Below, piece by piece: positions 43,466 to 55,900 of a stretch of 64,000 nt of DNA (within the stretch, counting starts at the first letter, position 1; every line of letters starts with the position of its first letter). Source of the stretch: Botryllus schlosseri (taxonomy: Eukaryota); NCBI GenBank assembly GCA_051294905.1, contig CM119374.1:19654001-19718000 (forward strand), in the 5' to 3' direction. The notes below the pieces were generated by a model. It saw only the letters and a program-made list of their open reading frames with translations. It made no database searches and was not told the DNA's origin. A program made the translations under genes and the position numbers.

Positions 43466-44448
43466 TAGGGATGGTGTGGACCTCTGAAAGGTTCAGGTTC
43501 GTGTGAACGCGAACCTTTTTGAAAGGTTTTGTGTGAACCAGAACGCGAACCTCATGACGTCACGTGACGTCATATTGCTAATTCCAACCCTAAATTTCAG
43601 TGAAGTGATAGCCTATATTAATGTACACTATACCTAGCGACGACTCGGGCCACATAATGCCACAATGCTGAAGTACATATTGACGTTTTAAACGTCGCCA
43701 GATGTATCAACTGGGGCAATTAATTTATATAATCATCCCGGAAAATCAATGTCTTCCATCGCTTTGCCAGCACTTTCGACGAGGACTTGCAAGGGAATAT
43801 ATGCTTACGCCTTAACGGTCAAGGCCTGGCCGTACAATGTATTCGGAATTTGAGTATTGCTACGTTGATAGTGAAGCAGAGGGTTTCTATACTTGCTACC
43901 GGTATTACCCCATTAACAAGTTATACAGCAGTAGCCAACACCCCAATCGCACGGATTTGGATTTAAATTAAGATTGACCCCGTACGCCTGCTAGATTTTT
44001 TACATCAGACAACGACATCAATTTCGTTAATTGGTTGAATAAGCATCATTCGCTGACTATCGATACACGTAGTGTATTTCGCCCTTGATTTTGTGATATT
44101 GCGGGTCAAGCTCACAGCAGAGAGTCACTAAATATTCACAAACGGAAAGCTGGATAATTCGAGCAAACGTTTGTAACAAAGCAAGTAAAATGTTTGAGAT
44201 GGTCAAGGTGCATGCTCGTTTAGCGTTGATTTTTTTATGCTGCCAACGCCATGCATAGAATTGCCCGCAGTTGAAATGCAATAAATTTCAACCAAGGATG
44301 TGATGATGAAGTGAAAATCGTAATATATGAAAAAGGTTCACGGTGCAGAACCTACCGAGGTTCGTTTGTGAACGCGAAGCTCTAAATATCGGAGGTTCAC
44401 ACACAGAACGCGAACGCGAACGTGAACCTCACGTTCACACCATCCCTA
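43466..44448 (+). mobile_element. Full-length 983-bp hAT-like non-autonomous element (TAGGGATGGTG family)
   Basis: TIR TAGGGATGGTGTG. Perfect 8-bp TSD atattttg (43458-43465 and 44449-44456). Subterminal GTGAAC/GCGAAC repeats. Two further partial copies occur in the window. Confidence 0.93.
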
Positions 44449-44969
44449 ATATTTTGTTTCGTTTTTCTCTGTATTTCACTGTAATACCATATACATATTA
44501 GAATCATTTTGTAATAGCGGTTTGAAGAACTGGTTTGGTACATATTCCGTATTAAAATAGTCTGCAGTCATATGAAGAGGTTTGTTGCTTTTGGAGAGCC
44601 GTATTAGCTCAATAAGAGTAAATCACATTGTCCTGTGTTGACACCTAGCGGTGATTTACCGTATTTGTCGATCTGTATACAATGTTTGTAATTGTCCGTT
44701 TGGGCGTTCAGCACTTCGGTACATTTCTGATCGCTTTCAGTCTGGCGTGTCCCATCTCCTCACACTCGCCCTCCAACCTCCGTGTCGTGGTCTTCAATCA
44801 GCTCACTTTTGCTCATGGCTTTTGAATACACTGTCATTAAAGGTAAGGTTGGCGACTAAGGTAGAACTTGTGTCGCCAGAAATCATACTGATACCCAGGA
44901 ATTTTGCTGGAAATATCACGGACCGAGGTCGCATGAATATGCTCTCCTCCTTTACTGATACTTTCTTAA

Positions 44970-45107
44970 GCCTGATGGGTGCAGCGGTGCAAGATATTTC
45001 CTGGACTGTCAAGATTCATTGAGTGTCCGCGCTGTGTCAGGGTTAGCTATCTGCCTGATGGGTGCAGTGGTGCAAGATATTTCCTGGACTGTGAAGATTT
45101 ATTGAGT
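44970..45107 (+). repeat. Direct duplication of ~54 bp with an 83-bp period
   Basis: GCCTGATGGGTGCAG(C/T)GGTGCAAGATATTTCCTGGACTGT(C/G)AAGATT(C/T)ATTGAGT occurs at about 44970 and 45053. Confidence 0.85.
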
Positions 45108-45489
45108 ACGGTTACCATATTTTGTGATCCGAAAATGAGGACCCTTTTGCAAGTTGCATAAGATATAATAGCGGACGAGAAAACGGGTAATTTATACGGA
45201 AATATTATTGGGTTGACTATGAAAAAAATTCATCTTCCACACGCGACCCCCGACCTCCCCCAAGAAATCTGATGGGGTTGATCTTCTTTTAGTCAACATT
45301 TTTAGTCAATCCTGATTTCGCGTCATTTATGGCATATTTTAGTTGTCCGTGTAAAATCGCCTGGCTCTCAAAGCTATAAAGGAGGAAGAATTGTCAACAA
45401 GGAGGACATATGGGCGTGCTCGGAGGAAATTTATAATTTCTTGCAAAAGGAGGACAAGTCTTCATAATGGAGGACCTATGGTAACCCTA
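45107..45489 (-). mobile_element. 383-bp hAT-like MITE, inverted relative of 42224-42656
   Basis: Termini TACGGTTACCATA / TATGGTAACCCTA (12/13). TSD ttattgag / tcattgag (7/8). GAGGAC motifs. The reverse complement of its right end aligns to the left end of 42224. Confidence 0.8.
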
Positions 45490-45612
45490 TCATTGAGCAT
45501 ATGGGCATTGAGGACATTTCTCTCCAACCACGTCGTCTTGAAGGACATCTTACCGGTGGGAGTGGCACCAAGCGTATTCTATGACGACTAGGCAATATCG
45601 TATCATTATATT

Positions 45613-45925
45613 CAGGGCCGTAACTGCCGCATCCCAAACGTCCCGATTGGGAGGAGGGCGAGCTCGAAGGAGGCCAAAAATTATTTCGTAAATTAACGTA
45701 AATTATTGAGTATTTTTAGGATTGTCGCTAGCTGTGTTGATATTTTTCCTCAAGAAAGAAACACATCATTTATAGAGATAGGCATTTCGACGTCGGCCAT
45801 TACCGCGACACGACACACCAAGACTTTGACAGTGGCGTTTCGGCTAACATGAGACTCTTCGAAGTGTGCTGCCAAAAAGGTGAGAAAAACTTGACCCAAA
45901 AGGGCTGCCTTATGTTGGCCGAACC
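45613..45925 (+). mobile_element. Partial copy of the CAGGGCCG-terminal family also found at 55473
   Basis: Shares GTAACTGCCGCA, GAGGGCGAGCTCGAAGG, GGCATTTCG.CGTCGGCCATTACCGCG.CACGAC and AAGTGTG blocks with 55473-55850. Confidence 0.75.
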
Positions 45926-47270
45926 CTATATATATTTGTCGATATTTCCCTTGTCCATTAGGGCTCTTCAAAAATGACTTTTTTTCTCAAATCGTACTGG
46001 CCACTTGATAAAATTGTTAGGTTACCTAATTTCAGCCTACACACAAAATGTGGTTCAATTCCAGCCAGTAACCGCTTTGCTACAGGAGAAGAAAGTTTCT
46101 AATTATTATATAAAAATAAATAATAAAAAACTTGAAAATTTTCTGTTCACCCCATGAAAGTGTTAGGCTGTCTATAGAAACTATGCTCACCCAATTTGGT
46201 TCAATTCCAACCAGTGGAAGCGGAGTTATTGCCGTCGAAAATTTTTGATTTGAATAAAATAGTATTTACGGTGAGCAGAACTATAATAAATAAACAAAGA
46301 ATCGGTCACCGTAAATACTATTTTATTCAAATCCAAATGCCTTAGGGCTGCTACCGCACAAATTCCGGATTTACTAACTAAAACCGATCGTGATCGCCAG
46401 GCAGAATACAACTCGTTACCGTTCTTACTGCCATACACCCTGAACCCGCTTATGATACAATCATATTATATTTCTAATACGGGATGTATTGTGCTAAAAC
46501 GATATGTCTGGTTATTTCCTATCATGCGAGATGCATTGATGCAAATGCCAGCGAATGAGGCAGAATAGAAGAAATTTCACGCCATGAAATTCTCGATAGA
46601 CTTGGACTGATCCTTCCATCAACTATACTTTACTTGCTTGATTTCACTTACAATTGATCTTACTGCACACTGAAGTAATTTTAAGATCTTACGATCAATA
46701 TCTACTTCAAATAGTCATGACATATTTTGAGAATCGCTGCCCCTACGATTGAAAAGACTCTTAGAGGTACAGATCTTCGGCAGTGGCATGATATATTCAT
46801 ATTGAAACAAAAACGAATAGTTTCGGCGGATACTCGTCAGTCATTATAATCGTCAGCAACCAGTCGAGGATATAATGTTCTTCTCAATTCTTTACTAGTT
46901 GCACCCACGACGAGTGTCAACCGAAAATATTAGAGTCTCTTTTAACTTTATCTATAAATAAGTATATAATTATGATGTTACCGCTACTTGCATTTGAGTG
47001 TGATCAAGTCAGTTTGTAAATCCGGGAGGGACGATACGAAATAATTTTTCAGTCAATCCCATCCATTGATTAAAATATTTCACCGCTACAGTGAAACGAT
47101 CGAATAGCACTGAATTTGGATTCTAATTGTCAAACGCGCATAACACAGGCCGAAATATTAGAATAGCTTCATTATCTATGAATATTTATGAATTATTATT
47201 ATTATTATTATTTGGAAAGTCGCCCTTACTATGAGTGAGTAGGTCTTTTGCATCACATGTATGATAACAA

Positions 47271-47549
47271 GGGCGATTTTTTTTTACCTAAAAAACGGAA
47301 GATTTTGACCTACAAAATCAAAATTTGGACATTCTTTTGCCTTAAAAAACTTAATATTGACCAAATTTTTACCTAACGTATCCAAATTAGATGTTTTACC
47401 ACATAATGTCATAATTGTTTTACTTATCTTCATTTCTGGTTGGAGCTGTCTGTCCTTACGAAGTAGTTCGGCCTGAAAAAAACTTTTTTGACTCAAAAAC
47501 TGACAATTTTTTACATGAAAAAACTTTATTTTATCGAAATATGGCCCTA
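47271..47549. mobile_element. AT-rich MITE with AGGGCG/AGGGCC termini
   Basis: Imperfect TIR AGGGCGATTTT / AAATATGGCCCT. No clear TSD. Confidence 0.45.
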
Positions 47550-47753
47550 TGAAGAATTCCAGTAGTTGCATTACATAACCGAAGTTGTGCGTACACTGCT
47601 GGCGACACACCGTTTTGCTTCATTCTGACAATGGTGTCTACATCACAAGTTTCATTATGAGCTTCTTGATATAAGAACCATGCAACGCCCACGCAGTCTT
47701 GCTTCAGTTAGAATGTTGCGGTACGTTGAGCATAACACCATGTCAACCTATTT

Positions 47754-48508
47754 TAGTGGTTCTCAACCTTTTTGTCTTCGCGGACCGCTTTTGAACCGTC
47801 ACAGACCTCCGAGGACCCCCTAAGTTTTAGAGGAAATCTAGCTCAATTATGGTGCAACCGTCATATGTCTTGTGCAAATATTAATTGTAGGCTAGTGAAA
47901 AACAGCAGCAAAATGTCTTTTTTTTCAAATTAAGATCAGACTATTTATGTAGAAGTTGGGTAGACTTTGATTTGAAAGCGGTTTCTGTAACAGTGTAGCT
48001 GCATTTCTTGCAATACGTGATAGTATCTCGAAAATACGCGTCTTCGATTTGATATGAACGAGTGCCGAAACTCCATTTCGCCAATAAATGTGATGGCCAA
48101 TATATTAATAACGCGGAACGCTTGCGACGAGACATTTCGGCATGATCGCAACATATATGGCAACAAAATTGAGAAACATATTTTTCAATGAACATGCAAG
48201 GTCCAGCCTAGTCGTTTCTATCAAGCAACACATCTTTATAAGTTATACCGGAATATTGGTTATGTATATCACAGGAGAAAATGGGTTTTGCAAACATTTC
48301 GAAGTCACCCGGATTGACCTTCACGACTAGGACTTTTATATTTTACCACATACCCCAACAAAAAGTGCATTCTGTTGTGAGTACTGAAGTTTTAGCAGCG
48401 ATGTAGTGAAACTGCCTCGTGATTTTCCTAATTTAAAGAAATACAAATTAGGTTATTAACCATTTTGCAAATTTAGAGACTTCGTGGGCCCCCGGTTGAT
48501 AACCGCTG
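47754..48508. mobile_element. 755-bp Charlie-type hAT deletion derivative
   Basis: Termini TAGTGGTTCTCAACC / GGTTGATAACCGCTG (decayed CAGTGGTTCTCAACC). TSD acctattt / atctattt (7/8). Confidence 0.8.
47990..48200 (-). pseudogene. Decayed C-terminal fragment of a Charlie/Buster-type hAT transposase
   Basis: Frameshifted read NVSSQAFRV...ITFIGEMEF/ALVHIKSKTR resembles the family motif YP.LS..A..VL.PF.TTYLCE.GFS.L..IK.K.R (recalled, not searched). Confidence 0.5.
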
Positions 48509-48518
48509 ATCTATTTGT

Positions 48519-48529
48519 TTTATTTTAAT
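48519..48529 (-). terminator. Candidate polyadenylation signal (overlapping ATTAAA/AATAAA) of the Kunitz-MAM gene
   Basis: First AATAAA/ATTAAA found downstream of the stop codon on the minus strand, about 630 nt after it. No transcript evidence. Confidence 0.4.
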
Positions 48530-48654
48530 GTTTATGATTCCCAATGAGCAGACAACGGGCCGGCTGCAGCGGTAGGCCTATGGAGTAGGCTACAAGCTGT
48601 AAAATATCAAATGATAAGTTCACAGACAGTGCAAAATCTACGATACAAACGAAA

Positions 48655-48746
48655 TGCAGGGGTCAAGACAATTTTGACATTTTTTAAACTAACGCTTCAA
48701 TTTGACTACATTTTGACCTATTTTGTCACGTCAAAAAATTGCCCTA
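48655..48746 (-). mobile_element. Fragment of the GGGC(G/A)ATTTTT MITE family inside the putative 3' UTR
   Basis: Reverse complement AGGGCAATTTTTTGACGTGACAAAATAGGTCAAAAT aligns with 4528-4600. Confidence 0.5.
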
Positions 48747-49153
48747 ATGATAAACAACAAAGACCGCAGTTCACAGGTATTTCCAGCACTACAATACTAA
48801 TTCCACGACGAATGTTGATAATATTTGGGGAGATGTGAGAATGTTTTCAACTGAAAGCACGATACCACAACAATTGCACGATTCAACGAGAAATCTAAGT
48901 TGAACATCAAATCGAGAACAATATAGTATAAGATACGATAGTACTTCTGGAGTGCCGAATGTTTCGAAATTCATTTTGGATAACGTCTATACCTTAATAG
49001 TCAGCATTTGCATGGTGAAATATGTTCGATGCTCTTGCATAAACCACATCAGCTCAATATGAGTTGACTGCATGAGCAGTAAGCAGACTTCATGCACTGG
49101 TCGCGTGTCGACACCCAGTTGTGTTATAGCACGTCATCCAGTAATTACACAAG

Positions 49154-49908
49154 CTACGTTAATTTATAATAGTGCATATCGGGCTCTCCATCCGGTGCGT
49201 CGGATGCTATTCGCGTCATGTGCACGGTGCTGTTGTCGTAATATTGAAACCTTCGTTTCTTCCGAATTCGATAAACGATAGTTCCGATCACGCATATTAT
49301 TATGATCGCTGCTCCTATACATGCTATTATCCATATCAACATACTATTGTCCTTCTCCACACTGTCCGTGACTCCGTCTTCAAGCATTGGAGTGTTTTGA
49401 ACAGCTGTTGTGAGCTGGATCGTTCGTTTGGTTATCATCTCTGTGATTTGGCGCACTCGCGTGGCCGTGGATGATAGATCCATGTTGTCGGTTGCGCTCG
49501 CTATTCTTGGTTTAGGAGTGGGCATATCGGATTCCGCAGGATATCCGATAGTTGTCGATATCGACATAACGAGATACTGTTTTGATGTTCCCAATCGCGC
49601 GGTGTCGTCGGTATAGAGAGTTCGCGTTGGTTGTGAAACACCAAAAATTGTACCATTATCAATATTATTAGCATTCCATCTTGTGGAAACTGTTTCGTTG
49701 AACATAATCAATGCCTTTGTGGTGGACTTCGGCCTGTAGGATGACGTAGTTTCAGTCTGTGTCGTTTGCGCCTCTGTGGTAGACTGTGGCCTGTGGGATG
49801 AAGTGGTTTGAGTCTGTTTCGTTTGCGCCTCTGTTGTGAGTTGATTCGAGACTGCCGTGGATTGGTAGGTAGCGGTTGTTTTTGGAGGCGCCGCCCACGT
49901 AGGAGTGA
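49154..49908 (-). CDS. Terminal exon: Ser/Thr-rich stalk, transmembrane helix and 38-aa cytoplasmic tail
   Basis: Acceptor atttcattttag| in phase 1, within the longest ORF of the window. Thr/Ser-rich region, then hydrophobic MLIWIIACIGAAIIIICVIGTIVY (about 49342-49271), then basic RIRKKRR, ending ...DMHYYKLT*. Confidence 0.92.
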
Positions 49909-52900
49909 CTAAAATGAAATTGTGTGACATTATTGCAGTTAACTACTGCCAGGACATGCTAATACGAATTGAAGTAGTAGTAAAAAAGTTTGAAAATCTC
50001 TAGTTCAAAATTGTTTCTACGTGTCAGAATTTTTAAGAGGCAATATTGTGACTTCAAAAATGCAGACGTGGAAGTAATCTGAAGTTTGAACGCAGCGAAT
50101 GGCGCAAGTAGACAAACTTACTTTGAGTACTCCGAAAAATAGAAGTAGCCTACTCTGCTATTAACTGTTTCTGCTATTTTGTTACAGTGGGGATAATATT
50201 AGCATACATGGCTTACATAAACACGACGACCCCGTCTTCGAGTATTGAAGCTCATCCAGAACTATGTTTCCTGCTCTGCCTCTCTCCCAATCAAAACCCG
50301 CAAACATTAGTCGTCTGATTGTGGTTGGATTCGTAGGAGGCAATTCAACCTGTTAATGCAACAGCATATAGCCTACTTATACAACTTATATTTGTGACCT
50401 TGTTGTTATTATTATGTCATCAATATCATAAGCATGCATCCATGATATCTATACGACTTATATAGCCTATGCAATGAGTTTCCATTCTACAGTCATTAAA
50501 TATGTTGCAAATTAACGTATTTCTTGCCGAGCAGCTCCGCTAAAAGTACTATAGACTGCGATCACGCGGTCATCACTTCTCAGCTCACTCATCACGCACT
50601 CACAACCCACATACGTTGAGCAGTGACGTGATTGGTGAGGCACAGAGTCAGGGTTGTAAATGACTCGACTCGAGTCATCATCTTCTGATGACTCGACTTG
50701 GCTTGAGTCATTTTCGCAAAATTCAGAAATGAGTCGACTCGAGTCATTGCGCATGACTCGGACCAAGTCGTATGACTCGAAACTCAGACAGCCAAGACCG
50801 ACATTTTATCGCAATTTCGAAGAATAGTAAAGTTACCACACTATTGGGACTTCATCTATTGGTACTGGAACTTGAAAATGCGACAATAAACTGCTAAAAG
50901 TGAGGAAAATTAGTATATTATAAATGCGAACCATTCGATATCACCAAACAGAGGTATAAAAAGTGGGCATGGACAAGACTTTAACTGGTAACTGAGCAGT
51001 CAACACAATGACTTGGACTCGGACTCGAGTCATAATACCATGACTCGGACTCGACCCTCTGATATCTGACTTGGACTCGGACTTGACTCGGTGGTGAATT
51101 GGAAATGACTCGACTTGACTCGGGTCAAAACTATAAAATGAGATTGACTTGTGACTCGGAGACTTGTGACTTGATTACAACCCTGCACAGAGTACTGACC
51201 TCTGAGAGTCACCAGATTTACAAATATATAAACCCAAAAGGTTAGCTTATTTAATTGACTGCTTGTTATTTCATATATATTTTCCTTACACGCAGCAGGA
51301 TATACGTACGAAGGCAGCCTACTACGTTACATTTTCACAATTGAATGCAGGTCTGGAGAATACGTGTTGCTGTTCGTATTTGACTGCGGTCCGGCATAAG
51401 ATGGTTGTGTCACAGGGTGAAATAGGCAGCTTGTGCGACATTTGCATTTCTACATCGACAACGGCAAAAACTACCTTAAATTGTTTAGTAGCGATACAAG
51501 GGTGATCTTCATTGGAATTTGATCAAGTTGTCGCATTTTATGTGGCTCACATATCAATTGGGTCCTATATGTTTATTCACCGATTGTCTGTGTCCCATTT
51601 TCGTGAAATAATTCAACATATTAGATCTACTTGATATTTCTTTCTTAAAATAAATTGTGTCCAGGTTATAGAATCTGATAATTGGGATACATTTAACCAG
51701 GTGCTTCCAGCCTGAAACGACGATGTCGCCCATTTAAATGACTTAATAATGACCACAAGCAGTGGTTCCTAACGTTTACTAACCTGGGAATGGCTTACGT
51801 TAATCTGCAAGCCTTCGGGAACCCCAATTTTTCGCTGAGTCTAAAACAATCCAACGCAACACACATCTAACCACAAAATTAACTGTGTGGAGTATTACAA
51901 GAACAAAGCCAGTGCATTATGGTTTTCACACAAAACGAAAACATTAAAATAAATATTTAGTGCAAATTCTGCTGTTCCCTGTCGGATATCGGTTCGGAAA
52001 AGCGAGGCTTCACCTTGGGAAGTGTCATCATATTGTTTGGTCGAAACACAACAGCGTAATACCCAAAATTATTATTTTTAAATGTAAAAACAAGTTGAGA
52101 GATGCATATCACAGCAATGGTTATTTACGCCACCACTGTACTGTGTACAAGAGATGCTACCAATCGATTGATTTCTAACGATCTTATAAATATTGGATAT
52201 AGAAGCGGCATTTCAGTATGACGTGTTGTAAATTTCGAAACCCTATCTCCCCTGCTCACGCCACGGCTCATGATAAATACCACCGCTCTTGGGCAACAAA
52301 CGCGTGCATTGCAATTATTGTAATAAAGGTAAGAAATTATAAGGTATAATATTTTATACGAAAAAATGTCGTGGCACAAATCACGATAAGTGTTATCGTA
52401 CCGTACCAAACCATCGCAGTGCTCCTTAATAGTCAATACAACACGAGAAGAAAATTAAAACAAGGTGACAGCTTACCTGCCCTCTTTGCCATAGATTTCC
52501 TTGCTGGCCGTAAACCGCCCACACCAAGTTCGACAGATCATGTTTATAAACTGTCGAACTCGCATTGATTCTCGAATACAAGACGTCGAACAACTTTAAA
52601 TGCCCCATATGTCTTCCTGCGTTAACGGAAACATATATAGTTGAAAAGATGCAAGCAGGACCTTCACCACCGGGAGAAGTGGTCAGTAGGAAATAGGCCT
52701 ATACTTCTACTTTTCCAGAGTATTCACGTGGATTTTGTCTGGTTCCGCGCGATTTCTAACGTTATTAGACCACTTCCATGTCTACCTTCACAATTCTTGA
52801 AGCCAAACTACATGCCTTTTACAGTTTAGAATTTGCCGAGTATGCTGTATTAAGACATATTCGGATCACTGTCACGGTTGCAGTGACAACTGATGCAAAA

Positions 52901-55900
52901 TTGCCCCTTATTTTATCGCCATTAGTCGAAGTCTATAGTCGCAACGATGTAATCTTGGAAAACCCTCACCAATGGTTGACTAATAAATCTGCCTCGTCCC
53001 AATCTACTACTTCAGAGTACTTACTTAAGTAGTTCTCCAAATTTTCGCTTTGTTACTTCTACTTGAAAGTTTTGCCGTATCTTGGGAATCCTTTAATTAT
53101 ATGGGTAATTGAGTTACGGCATTATTTCAGTTCGAGTTTTGTGTGGCAATGCGGAATGCTTCATCATTTCTATACAAGGCTTACACATTTCTGTATTATG
53201 CCATGATATACACATTCAAGCAATCTTTAACTGTGACCGCAGACATTAAATATCGCATGTTTCTAATCCTAGGTCCAAATTAACAGATCATACTCTAAAA
53301 GTCTGAATTGCACATATGTGGGTTGGAATGAGCTTGTGGCCTATTTTAAGTGCCGAGTCCGAATGAGGCAAAGTAGTGACCAATCGTCATATCACTGGTC
53401 AACAAAATGAAAAAAATTAATAGGAATAAGATCTTCAGGGGTGTTTTCTGGGGTTTTACGGTTGCTATGATTACGAATATGACATTAGTTTTGCAAGATT
53501 GACTACAGTTTACAATTTGCAAATACCCCTAAAATAATCACTGTATTTACCCTCAAAATATTTTTCTTGGTACGCAGTAAGCCGTAGCTTTCTCTACCTT
53601 TATAATGTGCAGAAATAGATAATTGACTATGAAGAACTCTCAGTTACTTAATCATTAACTTGACCAGATGCTAGATCTTTGTTGTCTAAAGAGCATTCTG
53701 TCAAGCCTAACAATTTTAGCCTACTTTTGCACAACGGAAATATATTTTCTCCTGTAAAAAAAATTGGTTATTCTACCAAGATGGAAGAGGAGTAGGCCTA
53801 TAAAGCTATCAATTGTTTTCTTTGAAAATCTTAACAACAATACTCATATGCGTCTCGTCTGTATTGACTTTTAGATGAGCAATTTTCTGCTAAGTCAACG
53901 AAGTGGGTATACAAAGTATCCCTATCAAACGAGAAGCTTAAAGCTGGTGTCTTTAATGGACCTCACGTTCGAACACGGATGAAATATTCTAATTTCATAT
54001 GAGGAAAGGACCTCACTGCACGGAATTCTTTCAATGATGTAGTTAAAATAATTTTGGAAAATCACAAAGTACCCAACTACATTATAGTTATCCTGAAAAT
54101 TGGTAGCCTATCTGCATGTGGAAAACTTGAAGGAGCAGCAAACATGAGCATTAAAGTTCACTCCCTGTTGATAATCTTGGAGACAGAGTGACGAGCAAGG
54201 GGAAAGGTTCCACCAAGACATCATAACTACAAAAGAAAGATACTGGGTGGATGAGATGATTATATTATGGAAGCCTATTTCTGAAATCTTTCGAGAGACA
54301 GCCTAAATTGCTTACAAGCGAAAATCGTACAAAAACGATTTTGTTTTAAGATAAATTAATATATTATATTACAAGTGATTATTTTGAGTTTACAATAGGT
54401 GACTATTGACATTAAACTGATGAAGATGTAGGTGAACAGATAGAAAAGTAATACCTATTTCGAATTTTTTTGCAAGATGACTCGCGTATCTCACCACCAC
54501 CAGCGATGACTCACAGATATAACACAATTGGTTGTTGTTATTAGTCACTCCGACAGGCTTATGGGCCTACCCTACATGCAAAATATATCAATTAATGAAG
54601 TAGACCAGTGGTTCCTAACCTGGAGAACCAATACGCTAAGCAGCAAGCCATACCTCTCATATGATACATGAAGCTGAAGCAACCCGACTCAGACTGCTTG
54701 AGTGCCGGAGATACCAAAAATGCAGTGCGGTTTTCTCCTCTATCGGCAAGCATGTAGACGTATTTCCCTGTCGTAAGAACAGAATATAGGACATTGAAAT
54801 CTCAAACGACATCTCAAACGCCGCTGTCGGACCGAGATTTGAGTTTGCGAGATTCTGCAGAAGACTACTGACATTTCGCTGAAAAACCAGTTTCCGTACA
54901 GCTACTTTTTACTAACCGGCAACTATTTAATTATTAAAACAAAGTTACAGTCGGATTGTCCAAATTAAGTATGAAAAAGGAAAAAATTTTAAATCGGTGG
55001 AATTTGCTACGACATCAAACTAAGCGTTTGAATTACAGCATATATGCCGGTGTATACATGTAGGCCAAGGGTCGCCAACTCAAAACTGGTCGTTTCAAGT
55101 TTCGGAGAGGCCGCGACCGCATATGAATTCAATATCGAGGTAAAATAGGCCACATAGTTTAACAACCACGTTTCTAAAACTTTACGTCAGTAAAACAGCA
55201 TGGGCGACGGGCATATTTACCAGTCCACAAAAGGAATAATATTATATTTAAATTACCATCGCCAAAGCCGTATCAGCTAGTGAGGAATAGTGACGTTGGG
55301 CACAGGAGAATAGCTTATTTTGAACAACAACAGCAATATTTTTAAACTGAAATAAATTTCAGCATTTCTAAATGCTTTACTAATCGTTCTTCTGAAATCT
55401 CAAATCAGATCACGGGCAGTAAAATATGACCTCACGGGCCGCGTGTTAGTGACGTCTGACGAAGGCTATACTCAGGACTGTAACTGCCGCACCACAAACC
55501 CCCCAATAGGAGGGCGAGCTCGAAGGGGGCCCCAAATTATTTTGTGAATGAAATCTTCAACATAAATTATTTTTTGAAAATTCTTGCAACAACATTCACA
55601 TTTTTTTCGCGCAAGGCTTGATTCAATGTTGCCAAATATCTTGATTGTTGGGTACACTTCCCCCAGGAAAAAACACGCATGATTTATATAAATGGGCATT
55701 TCGGCGTCGGCCATTACCGCGCCACGACATAGGCCTACTAAGACATATGGAGCTTTAAGCCATGTAACATGCGATTCCGAGAAGTGTGCCAGGACGATCG
55801 GCAGCTAGAAAATCTTGGCCGAAAAGGACTGCCCATATGCTGACCAATAACTTCGCTATATGACTGGCGCCGAATGTTCCTGTTCTGGCAATCTGAACGT

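Noticed and set aside
47284-47610. 108-aa K/F-rich ORF
   Set aside because: Low-complexity translation of an AT-rich MITE.
49172-49616. Plus-strand ORFs 49172-49474 and 49410-49616
   Set aside because: Antisense shadows of the real terminal exon on the minus strand.
50512-50766. ORF with DDSSR/SSQVES repeats
   Set aside because: Translation of the GACTC subterminal repeats of a MITE.
51400-51515. Minus frame TKQFKVVFAVVDVEM...SPC as an alternative last MAM exon
   Set aside because: Needs a frameshift, lacks a pyrimidine tract, and is superseded by 50349-50217.
52125-52436. Minus ORF containing VVFIMSRGVSRGD, initially MAM-like
   Set aside because: No phase-0 acceptor. The exon at 50349-50217 completes the domain with proper splice sites and the final cysteine.
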